DNA of 64,000 nucleotides from Octopus sinensis (taxonomy: Eukaryota): contig NC_042998.1 in assembly GCF_006345805.1 (NCBI RefSeq), forward strand, positions 73,408,001 to 73,472,000, in the 5' to 3' direction. The position numbers and the translations under genes are program-made. Each line of letters opens with the position of its first letter. The stretch's first letter is position 1. Below the pieces are notes generated by a model. It did not search any database. It saw only the letters and a list, made by a program, of their open reading frames with translations, and had not been told where the DNA came from. Shown here in pieces: positions 1 through 14,332 of the stretch.

Positions 1-244
1 ATAATAATAATAATGTTGTTTATTATGCGTAAAATATTTCTATTCCTTAAACTTAAATCCTCTACCGTATTTGAGGACAATGGTTGATCTCTACGACTAG
101 ATACACGTTAACCATGAATCAAGCTAAAACATTTCCGAAGAAGCTTCATTTAATTCCTTTCCTTAATAGTCTCTCCATTAAACATTAAGCAAACACAGAC
201 ATATATATAGAAATACGTATGCATTGGTAGCGCAGAAGCATATA

Positions 245-720
<476 letters not shown>

Positions 721-888
721 GCATTGATATCATCTTCAGATTCTTCACACAAAGCAACCCCAGGTATACACTGTCTGTTTCTGTAACTTCTTTAAACAGA
801 TTAAAATATCCGATAAATACCCAAAGCTGGGATAATCTATTCCTAAAGATTAACATTCCAGCCTTTAAAATTGACATTTCAATCACAT

Positions 889-1049
889 TATTTTACAACA
901 GGCCAATGGGAAAATCCGATATTACAGCTAAATGTCCATTAAATAACACCTTGCCATATTAAAATTGAAATCACATTAACAAACGCAGTCTCTAATACTA
1001 TATCTACGTTCGCTTGAGGTCAACCCCAGTAGGTATATGTGTGCACTAG
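889..1049 (+). repeat. Arm A of a perfect 161-bp inverted repeat (partner 2467-2627)
   Basis: 889-1049 (tattttacaacaggcc...gtgtgcactag) is the exact reverse complement of 2467-2627 (ctagtgcacac...tgttgtaaaata). Confidence 0.95.
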
Positions 1050-1495
1050 ACAATGAAATTTTGAGAAGTAAAAACGCAGAGGGGAAAATAGACACAGTTA
1101 TTGTTGTTTAGTTAAGAAAACTGCGTGGTAACCACGTCGTTTCCAGTTTGATCTCACAATATGACCCATTTGTAGATTATCCACTGCAATAGTCCTGCAC
1201 CAGCAATAACTTGCATGTGGACAGAAATTGATCAGAGCCCCTTCGAATATGTATATGCGTGTATATTTTTGTCTGTGTGTGCTCACACGCGTCTTTCTGT
1301 TTGTCTCCACACCGCTTGATAACTGGTGTTGTTTGTTTACGTGCCCGGCAGTTACTAGCATTACAAAAGAACTAGAATAAATACTAAAATCTAAAAGTGT
1401 AAATGTTGCGATCGCTTCTTATTTCCTAAGGCTGAACTCTCCAAGTTTGTGCCCCAGCATTACCGCATTCCAACGAAAGATAAAAGTAAGAGATG

Positions 1496-1534
<39 letters not shown>

Positions 1535-2105
1535 TTTCACTTAACACGCGATTATGTTCAAGCTTTAAATTTCATATATCCAATTTTTCATGTTTTCGTA
1601 TCAGTTTTTATTTTATATTTTTCAGTTTGTTACAATAAAATTCCAAAATCCCGTGTATGTCTAGAAACGTTGAACGCCAGTATAGATAGCTAATTGTTTT
1701 GAACGAACTGTAAGATACTAAAGCTGTGATAAGGAAAAGAAAAACTAGAACGTCACCCTGTCTTTAACAGAACACTGTATATACGCATATGCGAATATAT
1801 ATACATATGTGTGTATGTGTTTGTATGTGTTTCTGTTTGTACGTGCGTGTGTTTGTGTGCACATGTTTGTGTGTGCGTATATATATATGTGTGTGTATAT
1901 GTATGTTTGTATATATATATATGTGTGTTTGTGCGTATATATATGTGTGCATATATGTATGTGTGTGTGAGCGTGTGTACATGTGTGCATGTGTATATAT
2001 TTCAAGTATAAATCCGTTTATCCCCAAGTGTAGAGTTCTACAATTACTAGTGTGGTATTGTTGATTGTAAATTTTTACATATATATTCCCCCACGCCGAG
2101 TTCTC

Positions 2106-2150
<45 letters not shown>

Positions 2151-2259
2151 TATATGTAAATTTTTCCACTTATTTTTAACTTGCTATTCTGTTTCTATTT
2201 TTGTTTGTGCATTTACTATATATTTTTCACTTATATATATATATATATATATATATATA

Positions 2260-2466
2260 ACGGGAAGCTTTATGAAAATAAACAAAAGACGAAGGCAGGT
2301 GGAAAACAAACGAACAATTGTATTAGTATGGCGCTCAGGAAATATAAATAAAACAAGTCTTTAACGTTTCGAGCCTACGCTCTTCAACAGAAAGATACAC
2401 AGAGAGAGAAAAACACAGAAAGAAGGAGAGAAAAAAATGCGTGCAGTAGCTAACGAATCAACATGC
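2260..2466 (-). mobile_element. Penelope-like pseudo-LTR fragment or non-autonomous unit carrying a minimal hammerhead
   Basis: Contains a minimal hammerhead motif of the kind known from Penelope pLTRs and is bounded by a (TA)n tract at about 2231-2259. Confidence 0.6.
2358..2395 (-). ncRNA. Minimal type I hammerhead ribozyme motif (A6U variant, extra A after A9)
   Basis: Minus strand reads TCTTT-CTGTTGA-A-GAGC-GTAG-GCTC-GAAAC-GTT-AAAGA: stem I 5 bp, stem II 4 bp, palindromic stem III (AACGTT), GUU triplet. Confidence 0.7.
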
Positions 2467-2627
2467 CTAGTGCACACATATACCTACTGGGGTTGACCTC
2501 AAGCGAACGTAGATATAGTATTAGAGACTGCGTTTGTTAATGTGATTTCAATTTTAATATGGCAAGGTGTTATTTAATGGACATTTAGCTGTAATATCGG
2601 ATTTTCCCATTGGCCTGTTGTAAAATA
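2467..2627 (-). repeat. Arm B of a perfect 161-bp inverted repeat (partner 889-1049)
   Basis: Exact reverse complement of 889-1049. It directly abuts the hammerhead-bearing unit at 2260-2466. Confidence 0.95.
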
Positions 2628-4348
2628 TATATATATATGTATATATACATGCATACAAACACACACACACAGACGCACAAGCACACACAAACACACGTAC
2701 ATAAATAAATACATACATACATATATATATATATGCATACGTACATACGTCTTGTCATTGTTAACTTTTTATTATAGAAGCAACAATTTCTAATCGAGAA
2801 ATTAGGAGAAGAAATTTTATAAAATGCTAAAACCTTTTGATGAGTATGAATAAGTAAAGTGTGATTTAGAAAAGTTGGTAATCAATCAATTGGAACTCTG
2901 AAAACGTAGATTGAATTGTCATAGTACGTAATTGTAAGAATTTCTTCATTATCCATCTGTCGGATTAAATTCTCATTTATATCGTGACTAAGTACTGAGG
3001 AACTTAGTTAACAATGGATTACGAAAATTCATTGAATGAGGGTTTGACTTAATACAGGAAAATCTCATAAACGCATATACGTTAACATACAGAAGAACAC
3101 ATACACACAGGAACACACTCATTAATATGTACAGGCACGCAAACACACATATACGCTTTCTGCGTTTATATTGAAGGTCGCTATGTGAACTCTACAGGTA
3201 ATTTAGTGAAATACAACCTATTGCATGGCAGAGGCGTCAGCCATTATCTCGGTATACTTAAGAAGTCATCCTATCTGTGAATGTTGGGGGAAACGTGGCA
3301 GTATGCAAACAATATCCATCAATTAGAGTGACGAATTGTTTTTGCATGTATACCATGGCGACTTAAAGATACTGAGAAAAATTAGGTTACTAAAAGTGTA
3401 GCATACATTTGCTTAACATTAAAACATGTCTCCGGGAGATATTACTCTCTATCATTGACAGATACATTTTTTGCTCATTCATGTCACTCAGTCACTTGGT
3501 TTTGATCATTTTAGTTATAGTATTTTTCTTCAAGCTGCTCAAGACTGAAATTTCACATGAGGTTTCCTGGCGATTTTTATTGCTCCTGTGTTTCTGTGCT
3601 TATGTGTGTTATATGTGCACTTAAGTTTGTGTGTATCTGTGTTTGTATCTGTGTCCGTGTGTGTGTGTGTGTGTTTTAGGTCGTTCTTAGTTCTACTAAT
3701 AAAATGCAATCGAAGAGTTGTTATCCGATTCTTGTCCACTAAATAGGCACCGCTACACTCTTGGTTCGTAGTGAGGGTGATTACTAGAAACTCATGGACT
3801 AGACCCATCAAAAAAGACGAAGAAAACGAAGTCAATAACTAAAAATAACGTGTAGGAACAGAGAAATACTCTTGACCAATGGGTCATAACCTTTTCATTT
3901 TTTTTTTCTTTGTAGTGCTCCTTTTTAAGCAGCTGTTATGCCTAACACCCACCTAAGTGGCAAGTGGAGTATCACGATTAAACTAACTGAAAATGGATGA
4001 TAACTTCAAAATTTTACTTAAAGAAGCAAACTGCAGCAAAGTTGCATGATAGGGTATCAGACGCGGCATGCAGACTTGTTTGGCATTGCGTGTTTATTAT
4101 TCTCTTCTGCTTATTTCGACATGCGCATTGCGTTCTTATTCTTCTCATCCGTTTTACCAGTTCAATGTGCGCCCACGCATTCCGTGCTCATAGTTATTTT
4201 TCTGGTCTCTACTCAAAACTATTTACAGATCGCACCAATCATACGAACCTGCGTTTGTGAGGAGTACTTCGCGCTCCGATGGTTGTGAAAAATGGGATTA
4301 CATTGATCTTTAAACAGTGAAATGAATATAAATTAATAAAAACAAAAG

Positions 4349-4470
4349 TTGCCTTTCATCCTTTCAGAGTCGATAAATTAAGTACCAGTTGTGTACTGGT
4401 GTCGATCTAATCGATTGGCGCCCTCCCAACAAAAGTTCGGGCCTTGTGCCCTAGAGTAGAAAAGGATATA
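4349..4470 (+). mobile_element. SINE family B (Deu/Nin-like domain), 5'-truncated
   Basis: gcctttcatcctttcagagtcgataaattaagtaccag motif plus the ggccttgtgcc...tagaaaagg tail shared with other copies in the window. Confidence 0.8.
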
Positions 4471-7399
4471 TACTTATTTTTCATCATAATAACCATTACT
4501 AGGTTCATCATGTATAATATAATTACTACTACGGGTAAAATTTAGTATGTTAATTATATTACCTCCCCCCTCCCCCCTAAAGCGGGGAGGTAGCGCTCAC
4601 GATGAGAATCTTTGCTCTAGACGGTTAATGAGTGCAATGCAGTGCGACAACTTTTATAGGCTGTACTTAAGGTTCCCGTCAGAACATCTGTTGAAAAGAA
4701 CAGTAGCTAGGGTTTCTTAGGCTGAGTGAGTGTGACTTAGCTACAGTGTTGTGGTGTTTTGTGAAGACGCTCTGCAAGATGAAGGCTAGAGAAAAATAAA
4801 TTGAGAGAAGAAAAAACAGCTGTGATAATCAGTTCTTTCTTTTTTTTTCTAAGTGCACAGCCTACAGCCAGTTTTCGGCATTTGAAAAGAAGCATCAGTC
4901 TTCTTTGATCACAGTAGCTACTGTATTTCTTTCCTTCACATGAAAAAAGGGAAACAATACTTCATTGCTTAGCTGTCTTCTCCTGTCATATGGATAATCG
5001 AACTGGTAGTGGTTGGAGTATCAATCTATATCGAAGAAAAAACCGATACTTCCATACTTTCCTCGATCGTGGGAACTTGCACTAGCTGGAGCATAAATGG
5101 CAGCAATCACGATTATGCAATTGCACAGCTGCTCAAATGAACATCTTCTGCGTCAGTGTAGTTTGGTTGGGAGGTTTTGAAAATTTCATGGGCGCAGTTT
5201 CTCTCTGCTGACTAAACTAAAATGAGAGGAACTGAATTAGGTACCAGAACCACTCTGGCAAATTTACAATCAAGGAAAACCAAAATCCGAATCAGTCTTT
5301 AGTTTAACGTCTTTTTTATGAATTAAAATTAGAAAAAGCAACGAAAATGACCTTTCTAAAAACGTGCAGACTGATGATAAACATGAATTCTTAATGTAGC
5401 TCGGAATTTCCAAGCGTTGATTAGAAAATATTTTATCACCAACTATAATTATCACAAACTCTGTAATAAAAAAAGTAATCGTTAGTTAAAATTGTATGTA
5501 AATTATCGCCGAACAGATAACTAAAGACAATATAATTAGCAGCACACCCAGGAACAAGTGAAACCGACTACCAAAAGACAGCCGCAGTAACATAATTACT
5601 GCCCACATAATAGCTCATAGGAATTAATGTGTCGAGCTAAAAGACCATCTGAAGGTTGTATCACAAACTTAAAACGTCTTCACAGAAGTTACTTTCACAA
5701 ATAAATATACACTGTTTGTCCAATGCTTCCATTATCAGAACGGTAATAACTACCAACAAACTAAAGAAATTTAAGTAGGTGTAGGTAAAATCGTGTTACT
5801 AAGAGGTTAGCTTTGCAACCAAGTTGTTCTAGATTCGATTATACTGCGCAGTAACTCGGGCAAAAATATTTTCCAATGGTTTGAAATTAGAATATGATGA
5901 TAGAAACTAAGTAGACGCCTGTGGAATAGAGCCAGCTTTAGTTATTGTCTGCAATGGCGAATCAATTCTTTAACGTGCTTCGATAGGCTTGTGAATGCTC
6001 GTCAAGGGTGCCAGAAAATTCTACATGTTCATACCTTTTATTCTAATTTATCACTTTTCGTCCAGTGCATGAAAGAGAATTAAATATTGCATCAATAAGG
6101 TGGTCTCTATTCCAACAAGTCTCAAATAATAAATCTGTAATTTCAAGCAAAACGAAAACCTTCTATGAAGTAGACAATTATTGCTCGGTAAGTAACTAAA
6201 AAAATTTTAAATAAAAACAACTGCTAGAAGTTTTTGTACTATCTGTGAAAGAACAAAATGAGAAAAAATAAGTATGAATATTAGGAAAAAGAATGATTAG
6301 CTAAACGAGAAGTATTCATAACTTTAGAATATCACTTGAGAGAGAAATAACAAGTAAAGAAAGGTAGATGCGCATCGACATTTGACTAAGAGTAACGCAA
6401 TTCTCAACTGCTCCAAATACATTAGGAACAAACACACAACTGTATATGGGAGTTAAGGTCATAAAATATGTCAGTATACATGTCATTATTGGTGAACGAG
6501 GTACTGAGATAATTATGAATGCACGTAAAATTCTGCTTTTCGCTAACATTGCAATATAGTCGAGATGTATATACTAGCTCTCGTTAAAACAACTCTACTA
6601 ATTCCTTTTTTGATCTTTACCAAGACACCCGCTTATATTATCACACATTTCAGATATCTACTCTATAGAAAACATTTTAGACAAATAGTCAAGGTCACTA
6701 TCAAGAGCTTCAGGCGAAGAATTACTAGAACTATTAACTTAACTGACGCTATCTCCTAAGATACATCGCTGGCTACTTCAGAATCAAGTACATCTACGCT
6801 TTCCATAAGCTTTCGTACACCAAATTAGAAGTGAACGTATATTAACAAACTATTCTGCTACTCCATTAGGTGGTCCAAAAACTTAATCTTTTATATAATC
6901 AGAACGTCTCGTCTTTCCTCGTCTTACTAAAACTTTAATTAAGTGGCTACTTACAGTAACAGAGGCCAAGTTTCAAGAAGAATATTCCCTGCGATCCATA
7001 TAGCTAAATATTACAAACTTCAAATACAAAAATAGACGTAAAATCATTTTGAACGTACAACCACTTTTTCTTAACCTTTTTATTCTTAAAGGTTAAAATC
7101 AACGTAAGAGATTCCTATATATACAACTTAGGAATTTCCAGTAAATCATAAGTACAGAAACCTTTTCTGTAACACCTCTTTCAACATGAAAGCTCTCATC
7201 TCAATACAAAGTTATATATACTTCACGTGTAGCTCGAGCATATAACATGAATTCCAGTGTGTATTAAACCCAGATTATCTCAACCATGCAAAACCAGAGA
7301 GCTGGAAAGAAATATTGCATGTTTCAAGGGGATTTATACTAATGCGTTATAACTCGTATTGCATCCTTAAGACTTATCGACAAGGGAAATTCCACAATA

Positions 7400-8250
7400 C
7401 GAGGTGGTATCAAAATGTTCAGGGACTTGTTATTTTTAATATGAAATAACTTGTTTACCTAAGTTTTAACATCATCTCCTTCAAAAGAGTCACCTTGCGC
7501 CGCAATACACTGATTTCATCATTCCTTCCACTTTTGGAATCCAGCCTGGAAGTCGTTTTTCGTGATTCGACGACTTTCTGCGTTTCGTCCTTGATCTCGA
7601 CAACGTTGATAAAACAGCGACCTTTGAGCAGCATTTTCCTCTTGGAGAAGAGATAAAAGCCCATATGTGCTAAACCTGGCGAATATGGCGTGTGCGGAAG
7701 TGACACCATGTTGCTTTTGGCGAGAAACTAATGAGTGAGGAACCTCAGTGACAGAGTGCTTTGTCGTCATGAAGAATCCAGTTCTTCGTGCTCCGCAGAT
7801 CCAGTCGCTTTCGCTGAATGTCCTCCTTCAAACTCTTCAAAACGTCGTTGATTATCTTCTGACGATACTTATACACAAGTTCATGAATTGCTTCCATATT
7901 TCCAGTGGTGACCTTTGTGGCAGGTCTTTCCAGTCGCTTACCGTCATCCAGAGACGTTCTTCCATTTTTGAGGCGCCATTGCCTCGTTGCCGTAAGCTTG
8001 CCGAGGCATGCTCAATGTCTCTGTAGCAGACTCCTCAAAGGTAACGAAACTTTCACATTGGCTCTATATTCCAACGTCTTATCTATGACAGAAATTGTAG
8101 ACTACAGCATATACGTAATCACAAAGACACAAATTTCGCATCGCCTCACTCTCCCATGAAGGTCACTGCAAGCTCTCACTGCGCACACAACCGTGTGCTA
8201 CTATCTGTTGGCATACTACAGAACTAGGCCGGGAAGGTTTTGATACTTCG
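7400..8250 (-). mobile_element. Internally deleted mariner DNA transposon
   Basis: Degenerate TIRs with flanking TA (TA-cgaggtggtatcaaaatgttc at 7398; gaaggttttgatacttcg-TA at 8252). Peptides HTPYSPGLAHMGFYLF..LKGRCF and GRTSLDDGKRLERPAT match mariner motifs (HPPYSPDLAP; GRxSxxDxxRxGRP). Confidence 0.9.
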
Positions 8251-8835
8251 TACTATCAAAACATATCTGAAACCTAATGGAACTAAATGGTTATTACAAG
8301 TGGCGGGTTCTTGAAAGATCAAGGCCTTGATTGTTATAATTGCTACAAATATATTTGCTATAACAATCAAAGTATAACAAATATTTTGTCAGAAACGTTA
8401 CAATCGTTTCATGAGTTCGAGGTTCAAACTGCCTGCAAAGCCGCACAAATATATTTGTTACAGGTTAGTAGGTTTCTGCTTCCGTCTTTGTGCACATGCA
8501 TTTAAGTTATACATGTTTCATGTGAGTGTGTGTGTGTAAAGTTGAAGAAAGAAAATCGAGAAGAAAAATATATAGTGGATACTTGGTTAAATTCATTTGT
8601 ATTGCAATGAAAAATGTAATACATATTAGATTCAAGATATAAAAGAACCGGATCAACAAAAAAATTACCAAAATAATTCCTAGATATGTTTCAGCCTGGC
8701 TTTTATTTCAAGATATTTGATAACACCAATTTTTATCTGGATTGTTATAAATAATGCCTTATGGGGAAGTTACATCCTTCATACTTGTATGTATATATAT
8801 CAAAATAAGCAACTGGATATCAAGAGCAGATGCTG

Positions 8836-9260
8836 TACGACCTTTTCAAGCGGCTCCATTTAATTGAATAATGCAACCATTACATCAATTTAAATGCAAA
8901 GCTATCCTCAGCTGCATAAATAAACGAATAGAATTATTAATCAGTCGGACATATTAATATAATTTTACTCAAAAGCTCTAATAGAGTTAGAAGATGGAAA
9001 GAGTCAATGTTGCCACTACTGTAGCTAAGAATATACTACACTTCCAAGAACTTTATGGAGTTTGTTGGGCATGTAAAGCATGTAAATGATTGTGGCTCAT
9101 TTTTAATTTATTAGTCTTTTTAACAGCTACAAAATCCAAGGCTAGAGGACTGTGTCTGTTTAGAATGATTTTATTATACTTAATACAAGGAGGTAAGTTT
9201 ACATCAGATACGACACCTATAAACGCTAATTTCGAAAATATTTAACTGACACTATGTACG
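8836..9260 (-). repeat. Old interspersed repeat, copy 1 (inverted relative to 9965-10441)
   Basis: Reverse complement aligns by eye with 9965-10441, for example ttcaattaaatggagYcgcWtgaaaMgRtcgtac and ataaattaaaaatga. The inner boundary is approximate. Confidence 0.65.
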
Positions 9261-9533
9261 CATGATACCTTTAGGGCTAATCTATTATTAATCAGGCTGC
9301 TTTTGTCCCTATACTTAAAAATATCATACGTTTCCACAGAGCACAGCTTGCACCTGTATCGAGTATCTATAAGGCTACATGCGCTTTCTTATAATATTCC
9401 AATTAAAGCTAAATTAGATTCCGCTTTCTTTCAGTTTTCCAATCTTGCTAGAAAAGAACTACAATTTGCTTTATGTTTGAGCCTTAAGCATAAAGAAATA
9501 GTTATTAATATTGAACATCCTATATATATATAT

Positions 9534-9745
9534 ATTATTGGTGAATTGAAGAAATGGAGCTGAACGCAGATTGAACAGAAATCGTTTTATTTCATTCTAC
9601 ACGTGTTTCGAAAGGCACAAATTACCAAAATCCGATTGAATAATGGGACCATATTGTGTCTTTCTCTTCAGGAAGAAAAAAGGAAATCCGTTGGAAAAAC
9701 AAAAACAGAACAGAGGCGGAGCAAAAAACAAATCGAACTATGCTC
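9534..9745 (-). mobile_element. ORF-less hammerhead-bearing unit (Penelope pLTR-like or retrozyme-like)
   Basis: Contains the hammerhead at 9591-9677; its 3' end abuts (TA)n at about 9521-9533. Confidence 0.55.
9591..9677 (-). ncRNA. Type I hammerhead ribozyme with extended stem II
   Basis: Minus strand reads TTCTTC-CTGAAGA-GAAAGACACAA-[loop]-TTGTGCCTTTC-GAAAC-ACGT-GTA-GAATGAA: canonical core, 11-position stem II with one mismatch, GUA triplet, stem I with one bulge. Confidence 0.85.
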
Positions 9746-9835
9746 CTAAGAGCCCACTGCTGGGATTTTTGCTACTAAGGTATCGGTTAAACTTTTGATT
9801 AATCTACTACAAGATTATTCATCTTTCTATTTCAC

Positions 9836-9964
<129 letters not shown>

Positions 9965-9966
<2 letters not shown>

Positions 9967-10441
9967 CCCTTAATTGTCAGCTAACATCTTGTTGTAAGTA
10001 TTCTCTTAATAAACCCCATGACTTCGCTTCAAATAAATCTTGATTTTATGACTATACCATTTTGAACGTCTATCTAGTCCCCAACTCTACCTCAAACAGA
10101 TACCACCCTCTGTCTTCTCTCATCCTTAAATATACAAAGGATTTGATAAACTAGTCTATAAATTAAAAATGACCCCGTAATAAAACTAAATAGCAGGAAA
10201 ATCTGTGACAGGCAGTGTCTTCTTGGAAAAAAATTTTAGTTACAACTATGATGTTGGTAAAACATGTTCTTTATCTATCTCCTTATCCTCTTGGAGATTT
10301 TGGATACAATTATACTAATGTGTCCTTCTAATTTAATTAAATTCTATGTCTTTGTGTAGCTGAAGATTGCTCTACATTTTAAATTGATATAATGAAATGA
10401 TTGCATTGTTCAATTAAATGGAGTCGCATGAAACGATCGTA
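9965..10441 (+). repeat. Old interspersed repeat, copy 2
   Basis: Diverged inverted homolog of 8836-9260 with the same terminus. Confidence 0.65.
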
Positions 10442-10449
10442 CTGCATTA

Positions 10450-11640
<1,191 letters not shown>

Positions 11641-11789
11641 ACATACCCTTTTATATAGATAAAACTACATGTATGGTTCCCGTGTATTGAGAGTCGAATA
11701 GATTGTTTGACTTTAATTGATTTATCACCATCAACTAGACTACAGTTGACAACTCCCTAGGAATATAATACTAAATAGTTGATGACTAC

Positions 11790-12040
11790 ATTCTACATAA
11801 AGTCTTCTAAGTGTATCTACATCACCACTTCTATCTTGACTCCCTTTCCTCTGCTACTCTCTATATTATCGTAGGCTTAACAAGGTATGCATTACATTCT
11901 AAACTTATTCTGCCACAGATATGACAATAGGAAACAATAGAAATATTACAGTCTCCGCAGTCTCTGAAGAGAACGATGTATGTGAAATTGATGTTATGTT
12001 CTCATTAATCAATTAAATGGAGCCTCTCGAAATGGCCATA
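11790..12040 (+). repeat. Old interspersed repeat, copy 3
   Basis: Shares cataaagt.ctt..aagtgta, ttgactc...ctctat and the terminal caattaaatggagcc..cgaaatggccata with copies 1 and 2. Confidence 0.55.
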
Positions 12041-12132
12041 ATGTATTGACACTTGTACATCTTTATCACGTCATTATATTCTGTTCTCCTACATGGAATT
12101 TGCACTTCGGAAATACTATGGAAAGTACTCTT

Positions 12133-12514
12133 TAACTCTTGTACTTGTTTCAGTCATTTGGCTGCGGCCATGCTGGAGCAATGCTCTTAGTCGAGTAAAT
12201 AGCCCCCAGAACGTATTCTTTGTAAGCCTAGTACTTGTTATATCGGTCTGTTTTGCCAAACCGCTAAGTTATGGGTACGTAAACACACCAGCATTGGTTG
12301 TCAAGCGATGTTGGAGGAACAAACAGAAACACACATACATATATATATATACGACGGACTTCTTTCAGTTTCCGTCTACCAAACCTACTTACAAGGCTTT
12401 GGTCGGCCCGAGGCTCTAGTAGAAGGCACTTGCTCAAGGTGCTACGCAGTTGGACTGAACTCGGAACCATGTGGTTGGTAAGCAAGCTATTTACCACACA
12501 ACCACTCCTACGCC
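12133..12514 (-). mobile_element. SINE family A (tRNA-derived head, CORE-like accttgggcaagt motif, internal microsatellite, 3' module)
   Basis: Full alignment with the copies at 15160, 38050, 50898 and 51331. Confidence 0.9.
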
Positions 12515-12705
12515 TTAAAAAAATTTTAACTAGCTCTCTTGTAATTTCTGGAAGAGATTTGAAACCACCATGTATGTGTAGTATTACTACTTCTCGACAC
12601 CCATGCGTACTGGGCCACCGAAGCAGAAACTTTTATTTAAAGTACCTTTATATAAAACATATATAAAAAGTACATATCTGAATTACCAAGTGCGCATATA
12701 CTCAC

Positions 12706-12813
12706 TTAGCTGGGTTGCGTTGTCTGCACACACGGCAGGAATATTAGATACAAACACCTCTACACGGAATCTTTGATATTCAATATTCAAGTAATATTGT
12801 TGAAGTGTTTGGA
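12706..12813 (-). CDS. Candidate internal coding exon (108 nt, phase 1-1) of an unidentified gene
   Basis: Acceptor tgctaatttggtatag, donor CTAA|gtgagt. Stop-free frame (V)QTLQQYYLNIEYQRFRVEVFVSNIPAVCADNATQL is phase-compatible with the candidate exon at 14740-14928. No protein family recognised. Confidence 0.4.
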
Positions 12814-12912
12814 CTATACCAAATTAGCAAGGTGCCTCAATTTAAGTACTTAAGTCAACTGAATCTTAATGATATATATATGAGTATGTGTGTGTATATG
12901 TATATATGTATG

Positions 12913-12954
<42 letters not shown>

Positions 12955-13890
12955 ATACATATATATATATACGTCGTAAGAGATGTTATGCACTTTCTTG
13001 CAGCTTAAAGTTCTCGATTACAGAAAACGTATGACATGATTGACCTCTAAATTGGCGTGCCATGAGTACAACCCGCGCCTTACCACATGCTCGACTATTG
13101 ATAGAATAAATAATTGTAACAAACTACTTTTCTTTTATAAACACGTGCATGCAGAGGTCCGTGGCAATCCTAACCACTTACGTTTACATTAAATGTTCAC
13201 GAAGCAAATCAGCACAACTTCATACATCAATAGACATCACTGTGTATTGAGAGATATATTTTTCTGAGAAAAATATCTGGCAGCCATATTTTCTTACTTA
13301 TCAGTATAATGTATAAATTAGTTTACTACACACGTTATGTTTATCATTCTGTCTATTCGTAGTAATTTCATATAATACATTTTGGTCAACACCTAGGTAC
13401 AGATAGCATGTATTGTAAATCGGGAAGTGATAGAAAAATTGTTAGCATATATAATTTCCATTTGAAAGGTGCTTTTTTCACCAGTGTATATATACCAAAT
13501 ACCATCAGTGTCAAAGTGTCTTGTTGGATTATAATTCACGAACGGTTTATATTGGAGACAGTGGTTGTGCTTTCAATTACATACAAGTGTTGATTAAGTT
13601 CGTCAATGATAACAGCAAAAGTAATAGCTAATTTAATGATAAGACTTATTTTCACAAGATTCACTTAGTCTTTTTTGTTTGCTTGCTCCTCACATAGAGT
13701 TTAATTTTATCAATTAAAATATGTTTGGCACTTACCCACGCTTTCTTTCTCCAACGGCATACCCAAGATTCGCTATAATCTTGATTAAGAAAAGCTAGAG
13801 TATTTGTGTAAACCCTACATTCATACTGTATGTACATACATAATGTATGTATATACATACGGGCAATAGGTCGATATATATATATATATA

Positions 13891-14118
13891 GGTGGGCTGG
13901 CAAAAACATTAGCGCACCGGGCGAAATTCTTAGCGGTATTTCGTCTGCCGTTACGTTCTGAGTTCAACTTATGCCGAGGTCGGCTTTGCCTTTCATCCTT
14001 TCGGGGTCGATGAATGAAGTACCAGTTATGCACTGGGATCGATCTAATCGACTTAATCCCTTTGCCTGTCCTTGTTCGTCACCTCTATATCTAGCCCATT
14101 GTGGGCAATAAATAAATA

Positions 14119-14119
<1 letters not shown>
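13891..14119 (+). mobile_element. SINE family B, full length, Tx1-like tail variant
   Basis: tRNA-like head, Deu/Nin-like core, tail ttgcctgtccttgttcg...tagcccattgtgggcaataaataaata. Confidence 0.9.
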
Positions 14120-14149
<30 letters not shown>

Positions 14150-14256
14150 GTGTATAAACTAATGTACCTGCTTGTTGTTCATACGCCTGTCTTCGTCATT
14201 TGTTATTCTGTAAATCTCAACTATACATATATGTGTGTGTGAGTGCGTGTGTGAGT

Positions 14257-14332
<76 letters not shown>

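Noticed and set aside
6565-6759. ORF with a GPCR helix-8-like look (YLLYRKHFRQIV)
   Set aside because: No NPxxY motif or upstream transmembrane exons; consistent with chance in AT-rich DNA.
11919-11977. Plus-strand exon-like segment with good splice signals
   Set aside because: Overlaps old repeat copy 3 and has no compatible neighbouring exons.
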